Positions 19,328-29,304 are shown, counted from the stretch's first letter. The stretch: 55,940 bases of DNA from Pseudomonadota bacterium (GCA_039190005.1 JBCCYM010000005.1:1-55940), one strand, 5' to 3'. Notes: a model not told the origin generated them from the sequence alone. Translations and numbers: made by a program.

Positions 19328-19343
19328 AGCTAACTAGTTAGCT
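19328..19343. promoter_or_regulatory. Perfect 16-bp palindrome upstream of the LysE gene, possible operator
   Basis: AGCTAACTAGTTAGCT. Confidence 0.4.
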
Positions 19344-19375
19344 TTCCCTTAAAAGAAATGTCAAGCTAAGTGTAT

Positions 19376-20746
19376 TTAACGACCCAAATGACGGAATGAT
19401 TTACCAGATAGCAGATTAGTTTCAATTGTCTCCAACGAGATATCCTTAGTTTCAGGAACGTACTTATAAAAACTAATCCATGCTATTATAGCAATCACAA
19501 GAAATATGGCAAAAGACGTCATACCCCCATAATGTCCAAGTATAATGGGGAATAAATAGGCGACAATCACATTGGTTAACCAGTTAAAAGCAACACTTAT
19601 TCCCATGCCAGTTCCGCGTATTTTAATTGGAAAAATTTCTGAAGGAATAAGCCAACATGCCGGCCCAGTACTGAGCGCCTGGCAAGCAATAAAAAATAAA
19701 ACCGCAAATAAACAAATCCAAGTAAGCCATAGTGAACTGCCTATTCCCATGTAAAACGCAACGGTCAGTATCAATAAACTTAAACAAATACCGGCAACAC
19801 CGTTAAGCAGCATTTTACGCCGTCCAAGTTTATCAATCACACAAACTGTAATAATAGTAAATACAAAATTAACTACTCCAACTAGCACAGTAACGGAGAT
19901 GGCATGGGCGTTACTAGAAAAACCAGCCAGTTTAAAAATTTTCGGCGCATAATAAATAATTGCATTAATGCCAACAGCCTGAGTAAGAACACTTACCATA
20001 ATACCCAAGAATATTACCGACATAAAACGAGAGCGCAACATTTGCGACAATGTCATTTTAGGTGTATCTAACATTTTTTTGATATTCTCTAACTCAGAAT
20101 CAATATCAATGTCTGTATAAATTTTTTGTAATACATTGCGAGCATAATGAGCCATGCCCTTCTTAACTAACCAGCGAGGACTTTGCGGCAACAATAAAAC
20201 CCCTATCAGCAATAATACAGCCGGTATCATGCCGATACCGAGCATATAACGCCATTGATGCGTCGGTGTAAAAATGAAACAAATCGCATATGAGAGTAAA
20301 ATACCCAAAGTAATCGCTAATTGATTGAGTGTCACCGCTGCTCCGCGATAACGGTGATGGGAAATTTCAGCAATATAGAGCGGCGCAGAAAAAGAACCTA
20401 AGCCAACTGCCAAACCAAGAATAAATCGGCCAATGATCAATTCAGATACAATATTAGCATAAGCGCATAGAAGCGAGCCAATGATATATAACACCGCGGT
20501 AATAATGAGTAATTTTTTACGTCCCAATATATCGCTAAGATACCCGCAACCTATCGACGCAATAAAAGCACCTAATGGCACCATACTCACAATTGTACCA
20601 AGTACTTGATTGTCTGTATGAAAGCTTTGTTCAATGAAAAGTTGGGCGCCAGAGATAATACCGACATCATAACCAAATAATAATCCAGCAAGTGCTGCTA
20701 TTATACAAGGGCCATAAATAAATAAGAATCTTAAATTAACCGACAT
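19376..20746 (-). CDS. Sugar porter family MFS transporter
   Basis: LFGYDVG, DILGRK, PQSPRWL, GINAIIYY and PETK. Confidence 0.95.
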   Translation of the reverse strand: MSVNLRFLFIYGPCIIAALAGLLFGYDVGIISGAQLFIEQSFHTDNQVLGTIVSMVPLGAFIASIGCGYLSDILGRKKLLIITAVLYIIGSLLCAYANIVSELIIGRFILGLAVGLGSFSAPLYIAEISHHRYRGAAVTLNQLAITLGILLSYAICFIFTPTHQWRYMLGIGMIPAVLLLIGVLLLPQSPRWLVKKGMAHYARNVLQKIYTDIDIDSELENIKKMLDTPKMTLSQMLRSRFMSVIFLGIMVSVLTQAVGINAIIYYAPKIFKLAGFSSNAHAISVTVLVGVVNFVFTIITVCVIDKLGRRKMLLNGVAGICLSLLILTVAFYMGIGSSLWLTWICLFAVLFFIACQALSTGPACWLIPSEIFPIKIRGTGMGISVAFNWLTNVIVAYLFPIILGHYGGMTSFAIFLVIAIIAWISFYKYVPETKDISLETIETNLLSGKSFRHLGR

Positions 20747-20899
20747 TATAAAACTTCTCCTCTTCGCATTAACACTAAATCAAATTTGCTTCTATTATGC
20801 GTAAACAAACCCAAAAAGTCTAGAATTTGTTAGAAACAATTATTTATACAAATAAAATCAATAACTTAAAAATTTTTCGCGTCTAAGTTAAAAAAACAC

Positions 20900-20941
20900 T
20901 TGACAATCGTTTGTATCTATGTAATATTACAAAGATACAAA
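20900..20941 (+). promoter_or_regulatory. trp operon promoter overlapped by a 32-bp operator-like palindrome
   Basis: TTGACA at 20900 and TAATAT at 20922; TTTGTATCT-A-TGTAATATTACA-A-AGATACAAA at 20910-20941. Confidence 0.8.
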
Positions 20942-20955
20942 TAAAAGGGTAAATT

Positions 20956-22434
20956 ATGTTTAAAAAATTAAGTTATGATCAATTTGCGAGCTTGACCGCT
21001 CAACATAAGCGCATAGCGGTGTATCAAGAAATAGCCGGTGATAAAATAACGCCGGTGACTGCCTATTTAGCTTTAGCGCAATCGACAAAAGATATTACGC
21101 TGTTGGAATCGTCACCTAAAGAAAAAGATACAGGGCGTTATTCGCATCTTTTTATTCATCCACTGATTACCATTACCACATTTGGCAATCAGATTACTAT
21201 CTCAGAACAAGCTAATAAAAAGCATTTGCAGGCTGATCCTTTTGTGATATTAAAACAGTATCAGCAAAAACTAAAAGCTAAAATAGCGCACCTTTTATCT
21301 AAATTTGCCGGTGGCATGGTGGGTTATATCGCTTATGATGCCATTCGTTTAGTTGAAACCATTCCTGATCGACATGAGAATAAAAATAACATGCCCGATA
21401 TCTTATTCAGATTCTATCGTGACACCATTACGTTTGATCATCAAACCGGCAAAGTGATCATCGCTACAGTGATAAACAGTGATGACAATCCTCAAGATGC
21501 TTATCAAACGGCAACCGATAGAATAAACAACATCATAGAGAAAATTTCTCAGGCAACAACACAGCAACATAGCGCCGTATCACAACATAAAAACAGCTCC
21601 GCGGATATTGCCATTGATATAACTGATAAAGATTATTGTGCTATTGTTGATCAAGCTAAAAAACATATTATAAACGGCGATATTTTTCAGGTGGTACTAT
21701 CACGCGAATTCAGCATCAAAACTGCTAGTCATCCATTTGAGATTTATCGCGCCTTACGATTTTGCAATCCCTCACCATACATGTTTTATCTGGAAACAGA
21801 TGATTTTACAGTCGCGGGCGCCTCGCCGGAAAAATTAATTACTGTTGAAGATGGTGTAATTGAATCTCGTCCACTTGCTGGCACACGTCCGAGAAGCAAT
21901 CCAGCAAATGATGAAGCGGTAGCCACGGAACTACTCTCAGATGATAAAGAAGTCGCTGAACATATGATGTTGGTTGATTTGGCACGCAATGATGTTGGCG
22001 CCGTCGCCGAACCCGGCACGGTCAAGGTGGTAAAATTAAAAGAAATTGAAAAATATAGTCGTGTCATGCATATTTCTTCGACAGTCCAAGGTAAGTTACA
22101 CCAAAATTTAAGCGCCATGGATGCCTTGAGAATTGCTTTCCCCGCCGGCACATTGAGTGGCGCACCAAAAATTCGCGCCATGGAAATTATTGATCAATTA
22201 GAGCGATCACGTCGCGGTATTTATGGCGGCGCTGTTTGCGCCTTTGATAGCCTGGATAATCTCATAAGCTGTATTGTCATTCGCACTGTGTTAGTGCAAA
22301 ACAATACCGCTTCAATACGAGCGGGCGCCGGTATTGTATTTGATTCGCATGGACAAACGGAAGCCAATGAAACACAGCATAAAGCTAGCGCGACATTACA
22401 CGCCATTCAATCGGCTATGGGAGAAAATATATGA
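20956..22434 (+). CDS. trpE: Anthranilate synthase component I
   Basis: LLES, NPSPYM, EHMMLVDLARND and PAGTLSGAPK. Confidence 0.96.
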   Translation: MFKKLSYDQFASLTAQHKRIAVYQEIAGDKITPVTAYLALAQSTKDITLLESSPKEKDTGRYSHLFIHPLITITTFGNQITISEQANKKHLQADPFVILKQYQQKLKAKIAHLLSKFAGGMVGYIAYDAIRLVETIPDRHENKNNMPDILFRFYRDTITFDHQTGKVIIATVINSDDNPQDAYQTATDRINNIIEKISQATTQQHSAVSQHKNSSADIAIDITDKDYCAIVDQAKKHIINGDIFQVVLSREFSIKTASHPFEIYRALRFCNPSPYMFYLETDDFTVAGASPEKLITVEDGVIESRPLAGTRPRSNPANDEAVATELLSDDKEVAEHMMLVDLARNDVGAVAEPGTVKVVKLKEIEKYSRVMHISSTVQGKLHQNLSAMDALRIAFPAGTLSGAPKIRAMEIIDQLERSRRGIYGGAVCAFDSLDNLISCIVIRTVLVQNNTASIRAGAGIVFDSHGQTEANETQHKASATLHAIQSAMGENI

Positions 22435-23000
22435 TACTTATTATTGATAATTATGACAGTTTTACCTATAACTTATATCAACTGCTCGCGCCGATTACTA
22501 GTGATATTGAAGTATATCGCAATGATAAAATCACCCTTGATGAAATAAGCGCACTAGCGCCCAAAGCCATTATCTTATCGCCGGGACCTGGTTATCCTGA
22601 AAATGCCGGTATTTGCATTGACCTTATTAAAAAATTTGCCGGTCATATTCCTCTATTAGGTGTATGTCTTGGGCATCAAGCCATTGCAGCAGCATTCGGT
22701 GGAAAAATTATGCATGCCAAAGAAATTGTGCATGGTAAAACCAGTAATATTTTTCATAACCGCAACACACTATACCAGGATATGCGCTTACCATTTGTGG
22801 CCGCGCGTTACCATTCATTAGTCGTTGATAAAGAAAGTCTGCCCGAAAGCTTACAAATCAATGCTGAAAATGATGAAGGTTTGATTATGGGTATCAATCA
22901 TCAACACTACCCTGTTTTTGGTGTGCAGTTTCATCCGGAATCCATTTTATCCAAGGATGGCAATAAACTGTTACACAACTTTATTCAACGTTGTCAGTAA
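22431..23000 (+). CDS. trpG: Anthranilate synthase component II
   Basis: IDNYDSFT, SPGPG, GVCLGHQ and FHPES. Confidence 0.96.
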   Translation: MILIIDNYDSFTYNLYQLLAPITSDIEVYRNDKITLDEISALAPKAIILSPGPGYPENAGICIDLIKKFAGHIPLLGVCLGHQAIAAAFGGKIMHAKEIVHGKTSNIFHNRNTLYQDMRLPFVAARYHSLVVDKESLPESLQINAENDEGLIMGINHQHYPVFGVQFHPESILSKDGNKLLHNFIQRCQ

Positions 23001-23012
23001 AAAAACCGCGTT

Positions 23013-24038
23013 ATGCTCAAAGAATATATTAAAAAATTAATTCATCGTCAGGATTTGACCGCAACTGAAATGAAAGAAGCAATACATTTATTAATAGACA
23101 GTGATAATGACATACAAATTGGCGCTTTTATGGCGTTATTACACGCTAAAGGTGAAACAGCTAGCGAAATTGATGCCATTAGCAACACCTTAATGGCGAT
23201 GATGATTAAAGTGCATCCTAAAACACCAGTACTAGATATTGTTGGCACCGGTGGCGATGGCTGTCATACCATTAATATTTCAACAGGCGCCGCTATTTTA
23301 GCCGCTGCCTGTGGTGTTAAAATCGCGAAACATGGCAATCGTGCTTCAACTTCTCTATGCGGCTCAGCCGATGTGCTAGAAAAACTAGGCATTACTATGA
23401 ATCTCAGTGCCGAGGAGGTTGCCAATAGCATTGATAACTGCAATTTTGGCTTTTGTTTTGCGCCCAATCACCACCCGGCTTTAGGAAAATTAAAAACGAT
23501 ACGCAAGAAACTCGAGGTCCCCACTGTATTTAATATCCTCGGACCATTACTAAACCCAGCGCGGGCGGATTTTCTCATGATTGGTGTCTTCAAACCGGAA
23601 TTACTGTCATTAATAAGTGATGTCTTAGGCAAAAGAAATATTAAACGCGCCTTAGTTTTTCATGGTCAGGGTACTGATGAAATCACTTGCATGGGTCGCA
23701 CACAGATCATTGAAATTAATGCCGGCAAACAACATGCTTTTATTTTGGAACCAAGAAATTATGGCTTTTCATCATGCACACTTGATGATTTGCGTGGTGA
23801 TAGCGCGGAAATAAATGCAACAATCCTCACAGAAGTATTGCAGGGGAAAACCGGCCCCATTGCTGATACATTCATTTTAAATGCCGGTCTGGCAAATTAT
23901 CTGTATGGACTTACCGATGATATCGATACGGGCATTGCATTAGCGCGAAAGAAACATCGTGATGGCGAGGCTGCCAAATTATTAAATCATCTAAAAGAAT
24001 ATTTATCATTTAGAAATGAGAGAAAAATCTATGCCTAA
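23013..24038 (+). CDS. trpD: Anthranilate phosphoribosyltransferase
   Basis: GTGGDG, NIST, KHGNR and NILGPL. Confidence 0.96.
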   Translation: MLKEYIKKLIHRQDLTATEMKEAIHLLIDSDNDIQIGAFMALLHAKGETASEIDAISNTLMAMMIKVHPKTPVLDIVGTGGDGCHTINISTGAAILAAACGVKIAKHGNRASTSLCGSADVLEKLGITMNLSAEEVANSIDNCNFGFCFAPNHHPALGKLKTIRKKLEVPTVFNILGPLLNPARADFLMIGVFKPELLSLISDVLGKRNIKRALVFHGQGTDEITCMGRTQIIEINAGKQHAFILEPRNYGFSSCTLDDLRGDSAEINATILTEVLQGKTGPIADTFILNAGLANYLYGLTDDIDTGIALARKKHRDGEAAKLLNHLKEYLSFRNERKIYA

Positions 24039-24822
24039 TATTTTACAAGAAATTTTAGCACACAAACATAAAGAAGTTGCTCAATTAAAACAACAGCTAG
24101 AAGCAACACATGGTGATTTGTCAGCCGAGAAAATCACCCGTGGTCATAGCCATTTATATCAAAAACAGTTTCAATCCGCTTTGAGCAAAGCTGGATTATC
24201 AATTATTGGCGAAATCAAACGCAAATCGCCGTCAAAAGGTGAATTAGCCCAAATAGCAGACCCTATTTCTCTGGCAGAAACCTATGCCAATGGCGGTATT
24301 GATGCCATTTCCATGCTTACCGATAAACAGTACTTTAATGGTTCGCTTGATGATTTAAAAACCGTGGCAAGTCGTTTGCAACAACCGATATTACGCAAAG
24401 ATTTTATTATTGATGCCGCACAGATTATCGAAACTGTCACCACCGGTGCCAGTGCTGTTTTACTGATTGTCGCAGCCCTTAAAGAAAAGACAGCATCATT
24501 ATTATCAATGGCTAGCGACTATGGTTTAGATGCTTTGGTTGAAGTACACAATCAACAAGAGCTCGATACAGCGCTAGCAGCGAAAGCGAAAATTATTGGC
24601 ATTAATAATCGTGATTTAACCACTTTTAATGTTGATCTCAACACTAGCATCAACTTAATTAAAAATATGCCTGAGGATGTCGTAAAAGTTACTGAATCCG
24701 GTATACGAAACCTTGATGATGTCCAACGTATTAAAGCTGCCGGCTTTGACGCGGCACTGATTGGTGAGGCACTCGTAAAAAGCGATCAGCCTGATGTATT
24801 TATTAAACAAATAAAATCATAA
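24031..24822 (+). CDS. trpC: Indole-3-glycerol phosphate synthase
   Basis: EIKRKSPS, LRKDFI, GINNRDL and ESGI; ATG at 24031 preferred. Confidence 0.96.
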   Translation: MPNILQEILAHKHKEVAQLKQQLEATHGDLSAEKITRGHSHLYQKQFQSALSKAGLSIIGEIKRKSPSKGELAQIADPISLAETYANGGIDAISMLTDKQYFNGSLDDLKTVASRLQQPILRKDFIIDAAQIIETVTTGASAVLLIVAALKEKTASLLSMASDYGLDALVEVHNQQELDTALAAKAKIIGINNRDLTTFNVDLNTSINLIKNMPEDVVKVTESGIRNLDDVQRIKAAGFDAALIGEALVKSDQPDVFIKQIKS

Positions 24823-24824
24823 TC

Positions 24825-25463
24825 ATGAAAGCAGTAACAAAAATTAAAATATGTGGCATTAAAGACGCGGTTTTAGCGTATCAAACAGCCAAAATGGGCG
24901 CCGATTATATTGGCTTGATGTTTTATCACAAATCAAAACGGTATATTGAATTAAATAACGCGATTGATATTTCAGCTGCGACTAGAAAAGGCGGCGCCGA
25001 ACCTGTCGCTGTATTTGTTGACCAAGACCTCAACACTATGCAACAAATATGTGCTACAGCAAATATCAATACTGTTCAATTACATGGTGATATTGCACGA
25101 CAGCAATATCACCTTTTGCCACAAACCATACAACGCATTTATGTATTACATGTCAATCCCGATGGTGATATCATAAATGCTGATCAAACTGTGCTTAAAT
25201 CATTTAACACCACACGCGACTACCTGTTATTTGATGGTTTGAAAGGTGGTTCAGGCGCTCAAATAAATACTGACAAAATCATACCCTATCTAAAAAATTT
25301 CAGATGTTTCGTTGCCGGTGGCTTGAATGCTGATAATGTCACCGCGGTGATAGATAAACTAAATCCTTACGCTGTTGATACCTCTTCCGGTGTAGAAAAT
25401 ACACCTGGTGAAAAATCAGCTAAACGCATTGAAGCATTTATTAAGATGGCACGCAAACAATGA
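24825..25463 (+). CDS. trpF: Phosphoribosylanthranilate isomerase
   Basis: KICGI, QLHG, AGGL and VDTSSGVE. Confidence 0.95.
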   Translation: MKAVTKIKICGIKDAVLAYQTAKMGADYIGLMFYHKSKRYIELNNAIDISAATRKGGAEPVAVFVDQDLNTMQQICATANINTVQLHGDIARQQYHLLPQTIQRIYVLHVNPDGDIINADQTVLKSFNTTRDYLLFDGLKGGSGAQINTDKIIPYLKNFRCFVAGGLNADNVTAVIDKLNPYAVDTSSGVENTPGEKSAKRIEAFIKMARKQ

Positions 25464-26653
25464 CGATGAATACTGAATACAAGTCAAAAACTTATTATGG
25501 TGATTTTGGTGGCATGTTTATGCCTGAACTGCTGGCTACGGCTATGCAAGCGTTAGCCGATGAATTCGAGCGCGTTAAAACAGACCATACGTTTAAAAAC
25601 ACATTAACCACATTATTACAACAATATGCTGGCAGAGAAACACCCTTAACTGAAGTAAAAAATTTTCGCCAGGCTTGCGAGGGACCACAGGTTTTTCTAA
25701 AACGTGAAGATTTATTACACACCGGCGCGCATAAAATTAATAACGCGTTAGGACAATGCTTATTAGCCAAGCAAATGAAAAAAACCAGAGTCATTGCTGA
25801 AACCGGTGCCGGCCAGCATGGTGTTGCCACTGCCACCGCCTGCGCTCATTTTGGCTTGCAATGTGATATTTATATGGGGGAAATTGATAGGCAGCGTCAA
25901 TTACCCAATGTCGAAAAAATGAAGCTGCTGGGCGCAAATGTTATCAGCGTTGATAGTGGTAGCAAGACACTCAAAGATGCCGTCAACGCGGCAATGCGCG
26001 ACTATGCCGCGTCTTTTTCCAATACGCATTATTGTCTTGGTTCAGCCTTAGGTCCTTATCCTTATCCGCAAATGGTAGCTTATTTTCAAGCTGTCATCGG
26101 TGATGAAGTCAAGCGACAATGTAAAAATACGATTGGTAAAAATCCGGACACAATTATTGCCTGCATTGGTGGCGGATCAAATGCCATAGGGATTTTTTCC
26201 GCGTTTCTAAATGATGAAAGCGTTAAATTAGTAGGTGTTGAAGGTGGCGGTCATGGCACAAAATTAGGTCAACACGCGGCACGTTTCTCAGGTGGTCGAC
26301 CCGGTGTACTGCATGGGAGTTACAGCTATTTATTACAAGATGATCACGGTCAAATCGCGCCAACCCATTCCATTTCTGCCGGCTTGGATTACCCAATGAT
26401 TGGCCCTCAACACGCGGACTTATACACGCGAAATAGAGTACATTATACCTCAGCAACGGATATAGAAGCTTTACACGCGTTTGAATTATTATCGCGAACA
26501 GAAGGCATCATCCCCGCCTTAGAATCATCACACGCCCTCGCCTATTATATTAACAACGCTAAACACTTTGCCAAAGAAGATTGTGTTGTCATCAATCTTT
26601 CCGGTCGCGGTGATAAAGATTTGCCGGCATTACTTGCCAAAGGTTTATTATGA
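25460..26653 (+). CDS. trpB: Tryptophan synthase beta chain
   Basis: KREDLLHTGAHK, ETGAGQHG, GGGSNA and SGRGDKD. Confidence 0.98.
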   Translation: MTMNTEYKSKTYYGDFGGMFMPELLATAMQALADEFERVKTDHTFKNTLTTLLQQYAGRETPLTEVKNFRQACEGPQVFLKREDLLHTGAHKINNALGQCLLAKQMKKTRVIAETGAGQHGVATATACAHFGLQCDIYMGEIDRQRQLPNVEKMKLLGANVISVDSGSKTLKDAVNAAMRDYAASFSNTHYCLGSALGPYPYPQMVAYFQAVIGDEVKRQCKNTIGKNPDTIIACIGGGSNAIGIFSAFLNDESVKLVGVEGGGHGTKLGQHAARFSGGRPGVLHGSYSYLLQDDHGQIAPTHSISAGLDYPMIGPQHADLYTRNRVHYTSATDIEALHAFELLSRTEGIIPALESSHALAYYINNAKHFAKEDCVVINLSGRGDKDLPALLAKGLL

Positions 26654-27417
26654 ATAAAATCGAATACACATTTGCGCGAAAACCCGCTTTTATTGCCTAC
26701 CTTACTGCGGGTCAACGTAGTTTAGCATTTACTCAAGACGCTGCCATTGCCTTGGTACAAGGTGGTGTCAGCTTGCTAGAAATTGGCGTGCCTTTTTCTG
26801 ATCCCATTGCGGACGGTCCGGTTATCCAATCGGCGATGCAGCAAGGTGTTGAAGCAAATATTACCATTAATACAGTATTGGAAGTGATTCAAAACATAAA
26901 AAAAACCATTGACGTGCCGATTATATTGTTCACCTATTACAATCCTTTGCTAAATGCTGCTAACAATAATATTTACGAGAAAGCACGCGTAGCAGGTGTT
27001 GATGGCGTGTTAGTTGTCGACTTACCCTTAGAAGAAGCTGATGATCATTTTAATCAATGCAAGCAGTACAATATCAGTCCTATCTCTGTGATTGCAAGCT
27101 CAACAGCTGTTGATCGCATTCAACGCATCGGCCAGAAATCAAGTGGCTTTCTTTATTACGCCTGTCGTAATGGCACAACCGGCATTAAACGCAGTCTCCC
27201 GGATAATTATCAGGACAAGGTACAACAGATTAAACAATGTTCTCATTTACCTGTCGCTGCTGGTTTTGGTATCTCAGATAAAAAAACCGCGGCGGCGGCA
27301 TTAAGCTGCGCTGATGGTTTTGTGGTCGGTTCTTTATTCATTAAAGCCATTGCCGCGCGAGCGACTACCAAAGAATTAACACAACTAGCACAACAAATTG
27401 ATCCAAGAGGTACATAA
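26650..27417 (+). CDS. trpA: Tryptophan synthase alpha chain
   Basis: EIGVPFSDPIADGPVIQ, GTTG and GFGI. Confidence 0.97.
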   Translation: MNKIEYTFARKPAFIAYLTAGQRSLAFTQDAAIALVQGGVSLLEIGVPFSDPIADGPVIQSAMQQGVEANITINTVLEVIQNIKKTIDVPIILFTYYNPLLNAANNNIYEKARVAGVDGVLVVDLPLEEADDHFNQCKQYNISPISVIASSTAVDRIQRIGQKSSGFLYYACRNGTTGIKRSLPDNYQDKVQQIKQCSHLPVAAGFGISDKKTAAAALSCADGFVVGSLFIKAIAARATTKELTQLAQQIDPRGT

Positions 27418-27419
27418 CC

Positions 27420-28439
27420 ATGATTTTAGTTCTAGATAATCAAGCAACAAATGATGAGATAAAAAATCTACAGCAGCGGTTAAAATTTATGGGTTTTGAA
27501 GCGATTATTTCAAACGAAAACGCGCAAAAAACCATTTCACTCGTCAAAGGTGTGGATAAAAATACCGATATAAAAGGATTTATCAATCTCCCATTGGTAA
27601 AAGAAATATTACCACTGAAGACAAAATTTGGCTTGGCAAACAAAGATGCCAAAGCACAGCAAACGGTTATTCGCATTAAAGATAAAAAAATCGGCGGCGG
27701 TCATTTTACTGTCATGGCCGGACCTTGCGCGATTGAATCACGACAACAAATTCTAGCCATTGCTAAAGCAGTGAGTAGCAATGGCGCCAGCATATTAAGA
27801 GGCGGTGCTTTCAAACCGAGGACATCACCTTACGATTTTCAAGGTTTAGGCGAAGTCGGTTTACACTATATGCGTGAAGCGGCAGATCGATATAATTTAC
27901 TTTGTATCTCTGAAGTCATGAATGCTAAAGATATTGATTTGTTGGAAAAATATGTTGATATCTTGCAGATCGGCGCCAGAAATATGCAAAATTATAATTT
28001 ATTAAAAGCCGCGGGACAGGCAAAAAAACCGGTGTTTTTGAAACGAGGCTTAAGCGCCACTTACAACGAATTTTTGTTAGCGGCTGAATATATTTTAAGC
28101 TGTGGCAATCCGAATGTCATTTTATGCGAACGCGGTATTAGAACCTTTGAAACCCATAGTCGTAACACACTTGATATTGCGGCCGTGCCGATATTGCGTG
28201 AACTCACTCATCTTCCCATTATTGTTGATCCCAGTCATGGCACCGGCATTAGAAACGCGGTAGCACCGATGGCTAACGCGGCAATGGCTGTGTGCGCGGA
28301 TGGCATTATGGTAGAAGTGCATACTGATCCTGATAAATCAGTGTCTGACGCGCAACAAGCCATTAGCCCAACCATGTTTGCCGATATGATGCGGTCTTTA
28401 CGCGGTATCGCAAAAGCGGTTGATATGACCATTGATTGA
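27420..28439 (+). CDS. aroF: DAHP synthase class I-beta with an N-terminal regulatory domain
   Basis: [29 protein letters not shown] and DPSH. Confidence 0.92.
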   Translation: MILVLDNQATNDEIKNLQQRLKFMGFEAIISNENAQKTISLVKGVDKNTDIKGFINLPLVKEILPLKTKFGLANKDAKAQQTVIRIKDKKIGGGHFTVMAGPCAIESRQQILAIAKAVSSNGASILRGGAFKPRTSPYDFQGLGEVGLHYMREAADRYNLLCISEVMNAKDIDLLEKYVDILQIGARNMQNYNLLKAAGQAKKPVFLKRGLSATYNEFLLAAEYILSCGNPNVILCERGIRTFETHSRNTLDIAAVPILRELTHLPIIVDPSHGTGIRNAVAPMANAAMAVCADGIMVEVHTDPDKSVSDAQQAISPTMFADMMRSLRGIAKAVDMTID

Positions 28440-28446
28440 AAAATTA

Positions 28447-29304
28447 TTATATAGCCAGGGTGATTTTTTGCTTAAATGCTCGTATTTTTTCCTGTAGTCT
28501 TTTTTTCTCATCGTCAGAACAGGATATATCAGCAATAGCTTTATGGTATCTGTTTAAACAATAAAGATATAATCTGGGTAAAAAAATCTTTATCTGTTCG
28601 ACATTATAATCGACAACTTGATTAGGATCGGTATTTCTCAGTTTATAGGCAACATTGATGATCTCAGAAACTTCTTCTGCTAGCGCTATTTTCCAGCTTT
28701 GATTGAAATGATTAACAGCATCTTTGTTAGATCCAATGGTATTCGGATAATCTATAGTAAAAATCAGTCTCACCGGAAATAACACAAATTTAGTGAAATA
28801 GCGTGAGCCTTTTTCTAAAATAATTTGTGGATTTCGCGTGAGTTCAATTCGTTTTTCTTCACTCAACATATAACTCAACATGAATTCAGCACTTTCGATA
28901 ATTAAATCTTCCGCTGTTGGTTCAGGTAAGCGATATCGGCGATCTTCACCCGATAATATAACAGCGTGTCGGATAAAATCGAGTCTATCTAAGGCTGGAA
29001 ATCTTCCTTTTCCATTTGCAAAATCATGGGTATGATAACTCGACCAGAACACAGATAATCTATTGGCATAATCATATTTTGATTTTTTTAACTTCTCCCA
29101 TAATGTGTTCATGACATCCGCATCTGATTCTAAAATATTATCTAGCATGATTGCGATATCAACATCACTGCATAAAGAGAAATCGCCGTGTGTGCCTAAG
29201 CTTCCAAGTTTAAACATAGTCATCACTCTATTTTTGAAAGTCTTTTGTATTTCTTGTATTGAATACTCAATAAGTGGTATAGCTTGGCTGGAAAAATGAT
29301 GCAT
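28447..29304 (-). CDS. Pol-beta superfamily nucleotidyltransferase-like protein
   Basis: LGSLGTHGDFSLCSDVDIAI matches GS..DxD; predicted helical C-terminal half. Confidence 0.6.
   Translation of the reverse strand: MHHFSSQAIPLIEYSIQEIQKTFKNRVMTMFKLGSLGTHGDFSLCSDVDIAIMLDNILESDADVMNTLWEKLKKSKYDYANRLSVFWSSYHTHDFANGKGRFPALDRLDFIRHAVILSGEDRRYRLPEPTAEDLIIESAEFMLSYMLSEEKRIELTRNPQIILEKGSRYFTKFVLFPVRLIFTIDYPNTIGSNKDAVNHFNQSWKIALAEEVSEIINVAYKLRNTDPNQVVDYNVEQIKIFLPRLYLYCLNRYHKAIADISCSDDEKKRLQEKIRAFKQKITLAI

Noticed and set aside
19328-19343. Palindrome as an E. coli-type TrpR operator (contains AACTAGTT)
   Set aside because: Only one central CTAG and no 18-bp two-half-site spacing; kept only as a generic operator candidate.
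20747-20955. trpL leader peptide, T-box or TyrR box upstream of trpE
   Set aside because: No Trp-codon mini-ORF or terminator/antiterminator; TGTA..TACA spacing is N12, not the N10 of a TyrR box.
20956-28439. Alternative genetic code as the reason for missing Trp
   Set aside because: The frames have no internal TGA, TGA is used as a stop, and TGG encodes conserved Trp in IleS, LigA and others.
28447-29304. CBASS cyclase or other defence-system core
   Set aside because: No neighbouring effector or ancillary genes and no recognisable CD-NTase motifs beyond the generic GS..DxD.
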